Positions 29,469 to 40,769 are shown, counted from the stretch's first letter. The stretch is 64,000 nucleotides of DNA from Candidatus Cloacimonadales bacterium (GCA_963678315.1 OY782781.1:576001-640000), one strand, 5' to 3'. Numbers and translations: made by a program. Notes: generated from the letters alone by a model not told the origin.

Positions 29469-30569
29469 TTATTTATCCTGACTAGGTTGACCGTAGTGGC
29501 TATCTCCATTACTTGATTCTGGTTCATCGAAATCATTCTCAATGATAATACCGCCATCTGGGTGACGGATAATGAGTTTACCAACAGGTTCATTATTTTC
29601 AAGCATTACAGAACCAATTTCTTTACTTCCTAGCTTAGCAGTTACTTTTCCATTAGCTCCTTCTTCATTAACTGGTATTGTTAAGGTTAGCATGTCTGAA
29701 AGCTTAAGGCTTGTGATTGGGGCTTCACCAAACATAGTCAATACAAAATTAGTTATCGCAACCCCATTGTTTAAAGTAATTACTACAGGAGCAGTTGGAA
29801 TATTGTCTTTTGTTGAAGATTGGACAGTGAGTTTAGATGCTGAATTCAAGCCTTCTACTTTTCCACCAGCCATGTTTTCTACTATACCGTTCACATTGCT
29901 CAAGGACATACTTGATTTGCCATTAAGTTTATCATCTTTTACTTCTACAGTAACTTTGAAGTTTGAGTTAACATCATGCTTAATTTCTACAGGAACATCT
30001 TCTTCCATTATTTTAGCAGCCATCTTTACTAAGAAGTCTATGTTATCGATTTCGGAAGAGACTGTTCCATTAACTTTTCCTTCTACAAAAGGAACTAATA
30101 TTTCTAGGCTAGCTCCCTTTTTAGTCTTATATTCTTGTAGTGCAAAATTATCTAATAGTTCGTTACTAATTTTAGCTATATCATTTATTAGAAGAATAGT
30201 GTTACCATGAAGTTTACCATTTTTAAATGGGATTCTTAAAGAGAATTTAAAGTCTTTGTTTAGCTCAGGAACTTCTTTAGTAAAAGAAGTTAAGAAAGAA
30301 TCATCTTGATCTAGAACTATTGTACCAGTTAAAGGTTCACCTGTTTTAGGATCATTAACTTCAATAAAACTTAATGATTGATGAATCATTATATTGCCCA
30401 TAAAGATTTGCATTTGTCTTTCTAAGTATTGTTCAAGTTCCTTTTCATTCTTATCTTCAAAAGAAATAAACTCAGATAAATCTCTTTCTACATCTTTAGC
30501 TTGTAATTGTCCAAAATAGATTGGACATAAAAGTAAAGTAACCAACAAAAGTAATACCAATTTCTTCAT
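29469..30569 (-). CDS. Exported hypothetical protein, paralog of 30913..31995
   Basis: Signal peptide and recurring PF.xGK.xG units; collinear similarity to its neighbour. Confidence 0.75.
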   Translation of the reverse strand: MKKLVLLLLVTLLLCPIYFGQLQAKDVERDLSEFISFEDKNEKELEQYLERQMQIFMGNIMIHQSLSFIEVNDPKTGEPLTGTIVLDQDDSFLTSFTKEVPELNKDFKFSLRIPFKNGKLHGNTILLINDIAKISNELLDNFALQEYKTKKGASLEILVPFVEGKVNGTVSSEIDNIDFLVKMAAKIMEEDVPVEIKHDVNSNFKVTVEVKDDKLNGKSSMSLSNVNGIVENMAGGKVEGLNSASKLTVQSSTKDNIPTAPVVITLNNGVAITNFVLTMFGEAPITSLKLSDMLTLTIPVNEEGANGKVTAKLGSKEIGSVMLENNEPVGKLIIRHPDGGIIIENDFDEPESSNGDSHYGQPSQDK

Positions 30570-30912
30570 AACATACTCCTAAAATATCGTTTATGCCAAG
30601 TAATAAGAGCTAATTTTAAACTGTCAATTAAAAAACTGTGGATGATTCATGCTTAGACTTTTGACAAAAAGCTTAATATAGAATTGTGTCTGTTAGTAAA
30701 TATTAATGTTATTCATTTGAGATTCGACATATCTTAGTTAAATCTTTAGCACTCGAAGTATTATAATACGTCATCGACTAAAGCTTTAACTAATCTATTA
30801 CCGATTTATTTTTGTAAAAATAAAGCAAAAACAAAGAGCCTAGACTTTAGTCAAGGCTCACAGCCCTGAAAATTCAGAGCTATCAAATTATTTTTCTACT
30901 TTAATTATTGAA

Positions 30913-31995
30913 TTAATATCTACCGTATCCGTTATCAATTCTACCATGATAGAATTCTTCATCAAAAATCACTCCACCATCAGGATTTTCTAAATGAGCT
31001 GCTCCATGAGGTTCGCTATCTCTGAATGATGCATAACCGATTTCTTTATCACCAACCTTTGCCATTGCTCTACCATTGATACCTTCTTCATTGAATGGTA
31101 CTGTGATAGTTAATACTTCTTTAGCCTTTACACTTTCGATTGGCTTTTCATTCATGAAATCTAAGATAGCGTTTGCTAAAGCAACAGAGTTTTCTAAAGT
31201 AAGTTTAATTTCACCATTTTGAACTAATGGTCTAGGTTCGATTTCAAATTTATCAGCTGTAACAGATAACTTAAGTTCTGAATCTGAGTTTAAATCATCA
31301 ATTTTGCCTCTATTGATAGATTCAAAAATACCATTAACATTGCTAAGAGCTAAAGCAATTTCCCCAGCAGGATTGTCTTCTTTAAACTTAGCAGTGAAAG
31401 TGAATTTAGAATGTACGTCTCTCATTTTTCTAATTGGAAGGTCTCTACCCATTTCAGCAAACATTGCTTTTGCAAAGAAATCTATATCATCGATTTCAGC
31501 TTTAACTTCGCCATCTATTTTACCTTTCTTGAATGGAATCACAATTTCAACAGCAGGTCCTGCTTTCTTTTCATACTCTTCTAAATCAACTTCTTCAAGC
31601 ATTTCATCACTAATTTTAGTAATATCTTTAATTGTGGCAACTGTTTTACCGTCTAATTTACCATCTTTAAAGGAAGCTTTGATAGAGAATTTGAAGTCTT
31701 TATTGATTTCAACTTCTTTTGTAAATGCTTTAAAGATTTCATCATCTTGATTTAGGACTACAACGCCTGTAAAAGGTTTGTCTGAATCTGGTTCTGTTAG
31801 TTCAAGGAAGCTGAAAGATTTATTAACGTAAAGGTTTCCAGCAAACTTTTCAGCTTTCTCTTCAAAGTATTCTGCTAAAACATCTGGATCTCTGCTTTCA
31901 ATCTCAACAAAGTCTTGGAATTTAACTTCTTTTTTACTACATGCAACCGTAACCAACATCATAATAGCTAACAACAATAATAATAATTTCTTCAA
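30913..31995 (-). CDS. Hypothetical lipoprotein, paralog of 29469..30569
   Basis: TTG start at 31995 after GGAGG; lipobox TVAC; FKDGKLDG and PFKKGKIDG units. Confidence 0.75.
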   Translation of the reverse strand: MKKLLLLLLAIMMLVTVACSKKEVKFQDFVEIESRDPDVLAEYFEEKAEKFAGNLYVNKSFSFLELTEPDSDKPFTGVVVLNQDDEIFKAFTKEVEINKDFKFSIKASFKDGKLDGKTVATIKDITKISDEMLEEVDLEEYEKKAGPAVEIVIPFKKGKIDGEVKAEIDDIDFFAKAMFAEMGRDLPIRKMRDVHSKFTFTAKFKEDNPAGEIALALSNVNGIFESINRGKIDDLNSDSELKLSVTADKFEIEPRPLVQNGEIKLTLENSVALANAILDFMNEKPIESVKAKEVLTITVPFNEEGINGRAMAKVGDKEIGYASFRDSEPHGAAHLENPDGGVIFDEEFYHGRIDNGYGRY

Positions 31996-32162
31996 AATTA
32001 TCCTCCTAAATTTATCTGTCATTATTGACATGATACATTATTCAAGCTACATTTTTATATTGTCAATAAAAAAAACTTAGTTAAGAAGTTGGATATTTAA
32101 TTTTACTTGACAGTTTCCAAAATTAAGAAAATGATAAAAGAAAAAGTTCCTTGGGAGGAAGT

Positions 32163-33134
32163 ATGTTTTACAATGGAAACAAAATGAAAGAAGTTTTTCT
32201 TAAAGCTAAGAAGAATAGGTTTGGAATTATTGCCTCTAATGTTGTGTTTGACTTTGCTGTAAGACCTATTATTCAAGGTTACATGAATAACAATTCTGAT
32301 GGTCTTTTACAGATGAGTGCAGGAGCTGTGAAATACGCTGCTGGCAATACACAAGATATGTTTGTAGGTGCAAACTTAATATCACAGACAGTAAAAATAT
32401 TAGCTAATCAGTATAAAAATGCTGGTGTAGGCTTGCACATTGACCATGCCACACCAAACTACATGGATTTTGTTATCTATTGCATTGAGAATGGTCTTGT
32501 TTCTTCAGTAATGATTGATGCTTCTCATGAAGAATTTGCTGACAATGTTAGAATCTCTAAAGAGATAGTTGATGTTGCTCACAAACATAATGTAATTGTT
32601 GAAGGTGAGATTGGTTATATTAAAGGTACAGAAGATGAAATAGTCTCTGATATTGAACTTTATACCTCACCAGAAGAAGCTTTAGAATATGTTTCTAAAA
32701 CTAATGTTGATCTTTTTGCTGCATCTGTGGGAACTAATCACGGTGTTACAAAAGGTTCAAAGGTTAAATTAAACCTTGATTTAATTAAAAAGATTGATGA
32801 CCTTTTAATCTCTAACAATTTAGAACGTGGTATTGTGCTTCACGGTGCATCTGGACTAACTGCTGAACAGCAACAAGTTGCTATAGCCAATGGTGTAGTT
32901 AAAATTAATAAAGATACAAGATATCAAATGGAAGCTGCTGAAGCTGTTCAAAAATACTGGTCAGGAAATGCTGATGCTATTGTTTGTCCTGAAGGTATGA
33001 ATCCGGATGATTTCTTCCCAGACAAGAAAAGATTTGATCCTAGAAAATGGATTATCAATGCAGAGAAAGCACAGCAAGAAGCTGTTGAAGGTTTAGTTAG
33101 AATGTCTGGTTCTGCTAATAACAGTATTCTTTAA
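32163..33134 (+). CDS. fba: Class II fructose-bisphosphate aldolase
   Basis: LHIDH, SVMIDAS, VEGEIG, GTNHG, VLHGASG, KINKDT. Confidence 0.9.
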   Translation: MFYNGNKMKEVFLKAKKNRFGIIASNVVFDFAVRPIIQGYMNNNSDGLLQMSAGAVKYAAGNTQDMFVGANLISQTVKILANQYKNAGVGLHIDHATPNYMDFVIYCIENGLVSSVMIDASHEEFADNVRISKEIVDVAHKHNVIVEGEIGYIKGTEDEIVSDIELYTSPEEALEYVSKTNVDLFAASVGTNHGVTKGSKVKLNLDLIKKIDDLLISNNLERGIVLHGASGLTAEQQQVAIANGVVKINKDTRYQMEAAEAVQKYWSGNADAIVCPEGMNPDDFFPDKKRFDPRKWIINAEKAQQEAVEGLVRMSGSANNSIL

Positions 33135-33176
33135 AAAGACAATAAAACAAAAAATAGAATATTTCAGGAGAAAACA

Positions 33177-34175
33177 ATGAAAAAAGTTGCAATTAATGGT
33201 TTTGGAAGAATCGGTAGACTTGTTATGAGATCTATCCTTGCTTATCATCCAGAGTTAGATGTTGTTGCTATTAATGACTTAACAGATGCAAAAACTCTTG
33301 CTCATCTGTTTAAATATGATTCAGTTCATAAGCAATTTAATGGTGAAGTAGAATCTAAAGATGAATCTATTGTTATCAATGGTAAAGAAATTAGAATCTA
33401 TAGTGAAAGAAATCCTGAAGATCTTCCTTGGGGAGAACTTGGAGTTGAATTAGTATTCGAGTGTACAGGTATTTTCCGTAAAAAAGCTCAATGTGAAATG
33501 CATATTACTGCAGGTGCAAAGAAAGTTGCTCTTTCAGTTCCTGCTAAAGATGAAGTTGATGCTACTATCGTTTTAGGTGTAAATGATGAACTTCTTAAAC
33601 CTGAACACAGAGTGGTTTCTAACGCTTCATGTACTACAAACTGCCTTGCTCCTGTAGCTAAAGTCCTTCATGACAACTTTGGAATTAAAGCTGGTTTAAT
33701 GACTACTGTTCACTCATTCACAGCTGACCAACGTATCCTTGATGCTCCTCACAGCGACCTTAGAAGAGCTAGAGCTGCTTCTTTAAACATGATTCCTACA
33801 ACCACTGGCGCTGCAAAAGCTTTAGGTAAAGTAATACCTTCACTTAATGGTATTCTTGATGGTATCGCTATCAGAGTTCCAACTCCAGACGGTTCTTTAG
33901 TAGATTTAGCTGTTACTCTTGATAAAGAAGCTACAGTTGAAGAAATCAACGCTGCTGTTAAGAAAGCTGCTGAAGGTCCAATGAAAGGAATTATTGAATA
34001 CTCTGAATTACCTCTTGTTTCTACTGATATTCAAGGAAATAAAGCTTCATCTGTATTTGATTCTCAAATGACAGCTGTTAAAGGTAACATTGTTAAAATT
34101 CTTACTTGGTATGATAATGAATGGGGTTACTCAAACAGACTTGCTGAACTTGGTGCAAAAATGTTAAGCATCTAA
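33177..34175 (+). CDS. gap: Glyceraldehyde-3-phosphate dehydrogenase type I
   Basis: INGFGRIGR, SNASCTTNCLAP, WYDNEWGYS. Confidence 0.98.
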   Translation: MKKVAINGFGRIGRLVMRSILAYHPELDVVAINDLTDAKTLAHLFKYDSVHKQFNGEVESKDESIVINGKEIRIYSERNPEDLPWGELGVELVFECTGIFRKKAQCEMHITAGAKKVALSVPAKDEVDATIVLGVNDELLKPEHRVVSNASCTTNCLAPVAKVLHDNFGIKAGLMTTVHSFTADQRILDAPHSDLRRARAASLNMIPTTTGAAKALGKVIPSLNGILDGIAIRVPTPDGSLVDLAVTLDKEATVEEINAAVKKAAEGPMKGIIEYSELPLVSTDIQGNKASSVFDSQMTAVKGNIVKILTWYDNEWGYSNRLAELGAKMLSI

Positions 34176-34203
34176 TATCTTTAGATGTCTTTAAGATAAT
34201 AAG

Positions 34204-34297
34204 AAGAGCTCCCTTGGGGGCTCTTTTTCTATAGAAGTAGATATTATTTCTAGTAAAGCAATAAGAGAGGAGCTAAGTAATCAAGCTCCTCTCTTTT
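34204..34297. terminator. Two back-to-back terminator hairpins between convergent gap and protease genes
   Basis: AAGAGCTCCC/GGGGGCTCTT and AAGAGAGGAGCT/AGCTCCTCTCTT. Confidence 0.75.
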
Positions 34298-34315
34298 ATG
34301 TTTAACTTTTATTAT

Positions 34316-37300
34316 CTATTTTCTAGCTGTTATTCTGAACAGATACATTTCAGTAGCAAATCTGCTTTGTGTTAGTGTGTAGTTTGTTTGATTAGTAGTA
34401 GTTAAGATACTCCAATCATGATAGTTAGTAGAGTATTCAATCAGGTATTCTGTTGCATAAGGAATAGCATTCCAACTTAAGTTAGTATTTGCACCTTCAA
34501 CCTGAATAGAAATATTGTTTGGAGCAATTAGTTCTTCTTGTCCCATACTAATCAAGAATGGATTATTTGCTGAACCAACATTTTCACCAGGGTTAATTGT
34601 AGTTGCGTTTGATAAGATGCAGACTAGGTCTTCACTATAATCATACAGTTTAAAACTAACATTCTCATTTGGATTAGCACATTGAACAACTAAAGCCACA
34701 TAAGCATTGCCATCAGCTTCAACAATATCAGCAACTGCTCTGCATTCATCTCCTACAAATACACCAAGAATATCACCTTGTTCAGCTGGAATATTATACA
34801 GTTCAACTTGTCCATAAATTATTGCACTGTTGTTTGGATATATTACAGCTTCCCATGATGGTTCATTTTGTGGAGAAGTAATATTGAGATGAACAGGAAT
34901 ATCTAAATTAGAATTCTCAGCTGAATTTGATTGAATTTGAATATTTGTATAGTAGTCTCCATCTTCGAAATCAGTGCTATTGAAGTAAACCCAGAAGTCT
35001 TCTGAACTATTAGGAGCAACATTAACATTTAGCATATTGCTATCTAATGACACCCATTGAGGCTCAATGTTGCCTTGACCTGTAATTACTAAGTTATCTA
35101 TAGCCCAATACCAATCATAATCTGCATCATAGTAGTGGAATCTAAATTTTACTTGAGAATAGCCTTCATTAGTTATTTGGTAAGAGAAGTGGTTAGGGCT
35201 AGCCCATGTACCGACATCACTTCCAGAATAACTAGCAATGTTAGTCCATTCTGTACCATTCCAGAAGTCAACGTCAGCTATCTCTGCTTGATATTTGCGG
35301 AAGTACTGGTCGAATTCAATTGTTACAGTCTCGTAATTAGAAACATCAATTAGAGGAGTTTCAGCTATATCATTAAAGCTTACTCCACTACCAGCAGCAT
35401 CACTATCTACTAGTAAGAATGAACCTGTTCCCATACTATTACCTTCTCTATCTTCAACAATTTGCCAAGTATAATCAGCACTTGATTCATAAGTTATACT
35501 CCAATCACTCAAATCATCATCATCAAAGTTATGAGAATATAGAATGTCACCATCTCTTGTACTTAGGTCATCTAGACTTACCACACAGTTCAATTCGACA
35601 TCGCCATCATTAGTGATTGTAACAGCAAGTGAGTCCTGTGTAGAAGGTCTTAAGTTCTTAGAAATTGAAGTAGGGTTAACTATTATGCTAGCAGGTTCAA
35701 TAACCTCTAAGCTAACAGGAATTGAAATATTAGGCTCATTTATAGCGTTTGAGATAATGCTTATAGAGCTAGAGAATATTCCAACATTGTTTGTAGGGTG
35801 ACTACAACTGAAGTTTTTTGTCTGTGCAGAAGGAATAGTAATATTGATATTCCTATTGCTCTTTTTCATTTTAGAATCTGAACTGATATATCTGGATTTG
35901 CCTATTCCTCTTCTTGTAATTTCTTCTATTACAAATCCATCATTAACAGACATTTGAATAATTAAATCTTCTCCACCAGTATTAGTAATAGAGAATTCTT
36001 CCTGCGCTAAGGAATTAAGGAAAACTGTAGCCATGTCAATAGACTCAACATCAACCTCTATAGCAGCTTGGGTAACAGATCCAATATGTAGCGAAACAGG
36101 TATTTCTATCCAGGTATTATCTGGATCATTTGTTACTATTTGTATAGTCTTATTATAGACACCTGTTTCATAATTAGTTGTGTTGAACGATAACGTTACA
36201 GTCTCACTTTCACCCTCAGCTAAAGATAATTCAGTAGTGTCTATAGTTAACCACTCTGGTGTTCCTGTTGCTGAAAATAGTATTGCATATTCATCTGTTA
36301 GAACTTCTTGATTATAACCAATTAAGAGACCATCATCACCATTATGATTCTCGATACCTACTGTATAGTCAGTTTGAGTAGCTATAGTTTTATATTGCAT
36401 TAGTATGTTTCCACTGGCATATAATATTGCTTGGAAAGTAATGCTTTCAGAAGGAGCAGAAGAACTCCAGTGAGAGACATTTTCCCACTGAATTACAGTG
36501 TAATCGGTAAAGTTTTGATAATAAACATTTCCCCAATCTACATCACTAACAAGACCTAGAGGTTTCAAATCATCCCAATAAGGAGCTATAACTCCATTAG
36601 GTGTTGAAGAGGTAGGCAAGCTAGTATTTGTGTAAGTAACTGCATCATCAACAAGGCTTATAAAACCGTTAGAGCATACATTTAAAGAAGTATAACTTTC
36701 ACCATAATACTCAAAAGTAAATGGTAAGGTAACTTCTTCTGACTCATCATCTTCTTCAGCTATTACTGTTCCTGTGCTTGAAATATCTATCCAGTTATAC
36801 TCTAATGAAGTTTCATTACTATCAATCCAAGTGTAGCCATAAGTATCTGGTCCTCCACTGTTTCTATCTACATCGGCAATATCTATAACTATATCCAATG
36901 TTCCAGAACCACTATTAGTTATAGTTAGTGATTCGGTATCAGTTTCATCAGTGTTCATTACTTTATTAAACATTCTATTATCAGCACTATATTGAGGTTT
37001 AACTCCACATGCAACAAGAGAAATATACTTGCTACTTCCTTCAGCATTATGGCTTATTTCGATATTATTGTTATAGCAAAGCTCTGTTGTTGGTGAGAAT
37101 ATTATATTAAATTCTTGGTTGTTACCAGCAGTTATTGTATAAGGAATTGTTGATAATCTTGTAGAAATATAATCCTTATTATCACCTCTATTAGCCAGAT
37201 TAAACCCTGTTGGGAGAATTACATTACCGACTAAATCAGAGCCACCGTTATTAGTTATAGTGAAGTTCTTTGTTACACTTTCACCCAAAACAACATCACC

Positions 37301-40300
37301 ATAGTCTAATGATGTAGGATTAACACTAATTAGTGCTTCATTAGTAGATTCACTAGGAAAAACCCTGATATTTGGCTTATAAGCTGTAGGGTTTCCAGTC
37401 GGAGGTGATGCTGGATCTGGATTAGTAGAATCACTATAGTAATAGATACTTTGATTACTTGAAGTTGTAAAACAGTAGAATTCATCGCTTGAAGCATGGT
37501 ATCCACTAGTATTCTCATCAATTGCAATAACTAAATTACTTGTTCCGTTGTAGTTAAATGGGATAGTAAATTCAATTTCTACCCAATCATCACTTGTATT
37601 TACAGAGAAATCACCAGCATATACTTCTGTTAGTTGGCTTACAGGAAACCAATCAGTAGTTGAGGAGAAAGAAGCATCTGTTGTATGACCTAGATATAGT
37701 TTTATCTCATCAGTAAAACTAGAATTTTTATTCCAATTATAAGAAATCTTATTTATTGCACAAGATCCTAAATTTAGTTCATCACTTGTGTAAATAGATT
37801 GACTATAGGTGTAACCATAATATGGTTCAAGAGGTAAATGAGTTTCTGTCTCTGTGCCTTGGCCTATAATTAATAGATTAGCAATAAAGGTATCACTTAA
37901 TGAACTTGAGCCATTTGGATAAGTTGTATTTGCGTTAAATATAACTTCTCTTCCTGCCTCTATAAATGATGAGGAAGTGCACTGTATATTAACTGTCTCT
38001 ATTACCCCTGCATCAATGGTTGGAACATTAACACTTGTAGGACAAGTAATATCTGTCATTGAGCTTATTGCTAAAGTCCCGATTGGAGACTGTGCTCCAC
38101 CTTGATTTCGCACACTTACAACAAAATCAAAAGTTTCACCAGCATCAATTATATTATTCCCATTCCCAGATTGACTATCATCAATAGTTACTTCTTGAAG
38201 GGTTATATTATAACTTGCAATACTAAAGTTGATTTGTCCATTATAAGTATCACTTCCAGAAACTATTTCATAGTCAATTTCAATAGAAGAGTTATCCGGA
38301 AGATTGGAAACAACATTAAAAGAACATACATTATTTAGTTGAATTGAACTACCATCATTAACAGAACTTATGCTCTCACTATTGTCTGTTATTGTTATAT
38401 ATTGAGAAGATTCTGTAAATGTAATTGTTCCACTTGAAGAATCTTCAATACCGGAATTCTCTATTGTTAAATCAATAGAACATGACTCTCCATATTCAAC
38501 TATTTCATCATTATCAGAAGTATTGAATGAATAATCACTTACACTTAGGTATGGACCTTCTGCTGGAATAACTTCGATGCTACCTACGTGAGGTCTATAA
38601 TCAGTGTGAGTAACTACTATCTTCAAGTTTTGAGTAGTATTTAAAGCATCAAAAGTAAGTTGAGCACTTCCACTAGAATTAGCTAAAGCTGCATCTAATA
38701 AAACACCATCTCTACTTAAAGCTACATAAGAATAAGGAGCAGCAGAAACATCTAAAGAAGTTGTTCCAATAAAAACATTTGATTGATAGTTAGCAGTTTG
38801 AGTTTCAGGAAGTCCAATATAAGGATTCAATGATGGATCTCCCATAATTGAGTAGATTTCCCAGTAGTAATTCTTATCATTTGAAGAAGAGCTTTGTACT
38901 GCCATATTTCCAGAATACACCATTGCTCCCGTTGTGTTAGCCCAGGTATCAAAAGCTTGGCCATTCTCATGGAAAAGAGCATCAAACATACCTGTTCCTG
39001 TGCCAGCATAAGTAGGACTATCGGTGTCTGTATCAGCAAAGTATCCAACTGACCACCAGTAATCCTCATCCCATAGAGTGGAGTTTGTTCCACCAATATA
39101 GATTACCGCACCATTCTCAGCTCTTAACCAAGCTTCACCAAAACAAGTTCCTGTATCAAAGTGATTAGTTAAACAACAATTACCCACAACAACAGGATAC
39201 ATTTCATTATTCGTAAAACTATTAATATCTGAAATAGTCATGTTCGGATCTGCCCATGAAGTTTCAGAGCCATGAGCTGTATAATTTAAATAACCAAGTC
39301 CTTCATTAACATCAGCAAAAATTTGACTTTCACTAGAGCCTGATGCAGGATATAGGTAAGTTGTTGCATCAATACCATGAGCTGAGTTAAAATAATAAGT
39401 AGAACCATAATTGATAGTTCCGTTACCGTGAGTAGGAGCCCAAGAAGCATCAACACCAGCAATAAGTGTAACACGTTCAAGGTAGCTTGGATCTGACATC
39501 TCAAATTTTTCATACATGAGAGTCTTATTTACTTGCGTCTGTAGTTCAGCCACGCTTGTAGCTGAAAATCTACCATAATACATCTCAGGTAAATAATCAG
39601 AACCTTCAAGCTTTACATAATCTAAGTCTGTAACATGACCTGATTCTGTCTGTCCGGTCCATGCTGGAACCTGTGCCACATCTCCAACAATAAGTAGGTA
39701 TGATGGAGCAGGATTTGAAGCGTTAGCACTATTCCATATACTTGTAATTTCAGATTTTATTGCACTGCTAGTAGAACCAATAGCTTCAGTAGTAAGAATT
39801 GTTACATCAAATCCTGATTCTTTCTTCCATGTAATAAAAGGTTCTAAAGTATCAAGAAACCCTTGTGGTGTAACAATCAAATATCCTAAAGGATAGTTTT
39901 CTAAATATCTTGTATCATTTCTATAGTTCAAAATTGTTTTTGCAAACATTCCTTCAAAAGCTCTAGAGTATGTCTTCTCTCTCATCTGGTCAGTAAGAGA
40001 ATAATCTCCACCAATAAAGTTCACTTCAACATTAGCAAATCTTGTTACAATCAACTCATTTTTAGCAATGTTATAGCTAATCGGATTGTAGCTTATCTCA
40101 AATAAACGATAACCCCTCATCATACCAATTTCTTCTGTTTCTATTAACTTTAGGGTGTACACTTCATTTGAAGAATATATCTTGTTATCAATTACAAACT
40201 TTATATCTTCAGGTTTAGCACTTTTTGAGACTGAAGGTTGATTTGGAAATATTGGATTTGTGAAACCTTGTTCTCTAAGATTAATTATTTCCTTTTTCTG

Positions 40301-40612
40301 ATTTGTGATAGAAATATCTAACCTAGCTCCCATTGGAACAGATATTATTTTTGTGATTGAAGGTAATTGTGGTTGACCATGCTTGCCTGTATAACCAAAA
40401 TTATCTGCTATCAAACGAATATATTCTCCGTTTTCATCATTAATATTTTCAATATCTAATGAATTTAAAGAATATTCTAGCTTAATTAAATTGCTTGAAT
40501 TTTCTGTTAACTCTAAAGAATTATCACTTCCTGCTATAACCGATACAGGACTTGATAAAGCCAAACCTATCGCACTAATAAACAAAATAACTAGTAATAA
40601 TTGTTTTCTCAT
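34316..40612 (-). CDS. Large secreted gingipain-like C25 cysteine peptidase with Ig-like/adhesin domains
   Basis: Signal peptide, C25 propeptide (GQPQLP), YLLIVGD, YTAHG (His), GNCC (Cys), MGDPSL; repeated Ig-like domains. Start set at 40612 (GGAG RBS). Confidence 0.9.
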   Translation of the reverse strand: MRKQLLLVILFISAIGLALSSPVSVIAGSDNSLELTENSSNLIKLEYSLNSLDIENINDENGEYIRLIADNFGYTGKHGQPQLPSITKIISVPMGARLDISITNQKKEIINLREQGFTNPIFPNQPSVSKSAKPEDIKFVIDNKIYSSNEVYTLKLIETEEIGMMRGYRLFEISYNPISYNIAKNELIVTRFANVEVNFIGGDYSLTDQMREKTYSRAFEGMFAKTILNYRNDTRYLENYPLGYLIVTPQGFLDTLEPFITWKKESGFDVTILTTEAIGSTSSAIKSEITSIWNSANASNPAPSYLLIVGDVAQVPAWTGQTESGHVTDLDYVKLEGSDYLPEMYYGRFSATSVAELQTQVNKTLMYEKFEMSDPSYLERVTLIAGVDASWAPTHGNGTINYGSTYYFNSAHGIDATTYLYPASGSSESQIFADVNEGLGYLNYTAHGSETSWADPNMTISDINSFTNNEMYPVVVGNCCLTNHFDTGTCFGEAWLRAENGAVIYIGGTNSTLWDEDYWWSVGYFADTDTDSPTYAGTGTGMFDALFHENGQAFDTWANTTGAMVYSGNMAVQSSSSNDKNYYWEIYSIMGDPSLNPYIGLPETQTANYQSNVFIGTTSLDVSAAPYSYVALSRDGVLLDAALANSSGSAQLTFDALNTTQNLKIVVTHTDYRPHVGSIEVIPAEGPYLSVSDYSFNTSDNDEIVEYGESCSIDLTIENSGIEDSSSGTITFTESSQYITITDNSESISSVNDGSSIQLNNVCSFNVVSNLPDNSSIEIDYEIVSGSDTYNGQINFSIASYNITLQEVTIDDSQSGNGNNIIDAGETFDFVVSVRNQGGAQSPIGTLAISSMTDITCPTSVNVPTIDAGVIETVNIQCTSSSFIEAGREVIFNANTTYPNGSSSLSDTFIANLLIIGQGTETETHLPLEPYYGYTYSQSIYTSDELNLGSCAINKISYNWNKNSSFTDEIKLYLGHTTDASFSSTTDWFPVSQLTEVYAGDFSVNTSDDWVEIEFTIPFNYNGTSNLVIAIDENTSGYHASSDEFYCFTTSSNQSIYYYSDSTNPDPASPPTGNPTAYKPNIRVFPSESTNEALISVNPTSLDYGDVVLGESVTKNFTITNNGGSDLVGNVILPTGFNLANRGDNKDYISTRLSTIPYTITAGNNQEFNIIFSPTTELCYNNNIEISHNAEGSSKYISLVACGVKPQYSADNRMFNKVMNTDETDTESLTITNSGSGTLDIVIDIADVDRNSGGPDTYGYTWIDSNETSLEYNWIDISSTGTVIAEEDDESEEVTLPFTFEYYGESYTSLNVCSNGFISLVDDAVTYTNTSLPTSSTPNGVIAPYWDDLKPLGLVSDVDWGNVYYQNFTDYTVIQWENVSHWSSSAPSESITFQAILYASGNILMQYKTIATQTDYTVGIENHNGDDGLLIGYNQEVLTDEYAILFSATGTPEWLTIDTTELSLAEGESETVTLSFNTTNYETGVYNKTIQIVTNDPDNTWIEIPVSLHIGSVTQAAIEVDVESIDMATVFLNSLAQEEFSITNTGGEDLIIQMSVNDGFVIEEITRRGIGKSRYISSDSKMKKSNRNINITIPSAQTKNFSCSHPTNNVGIFSSSISIISNAINEPNISIPVSLEVIEPASIIVNPTSISKNLRPSTQDSLAVTITNDGDVELNCVVSLDDLSTRDGDILYSHNFDDDDLSDWSITYESSADYTWQIVEDREGNSMGTGSFLLVDSDAAGSGVSFNDIAETPLIDVSNYETVTIEFDQYFRKYQAEIADVDFWNGTEWTNIASYSGSDVGTWASPNHFSYQITNEGYSQVKFRFHYYDADYDWYWAIDNLVITGQGNIEPQWVSLDSNMLNVNVAPNSSEDFWVYFNSTDFEDGDYYTNIQIQSNSAENSNLDIPVHLNITSPQNEPSWEAVIYPNNSAIIYGQVELYNIPAEQGDILGVFVGDECRAVADIVEADGNAYVALVVQCANPNENVSFKLYDYSEDLVCILSNATTINPGENVGSANNPFLISMGQEELIAPNNISIQVEGANTNLSWNAIPYATEYLIEYSTNYHDWSILTTTNQTNYTLTQSRFATEMYLFRITARK

Positions 40613-40769
40613 ATTGACTCCTATATATCTTAAATAATCATTTTTCACATAATTATACAAATTTTTCAAGTATCTTTGATACTTGTCAATAATTAAGTAT
40701 GTTTTTTTAAATTTTTCTTGTTTTACTACTTTCTCTAGACGTTTTCACAAGATCTCTACATCACCGTAA

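Noticed and set aside
29572..31750. Long antisense ORFs (212 aa and 148 aa) opposite the tandem paralogs
   Set aside because: Ser/Leu/Ile/Phe-rich shadow frames expected from the sense-strand codon bias. The same applies to the other antisense ORFs in the track (e.g. 14157, 43448, 59756).
29469..32031. Diversity-generating retroelement (paralogous genes as TR/VR)
   Set aside because: No reverse transcriptase is present, and divergence is spread across the whole genes rather than adenine-specific.
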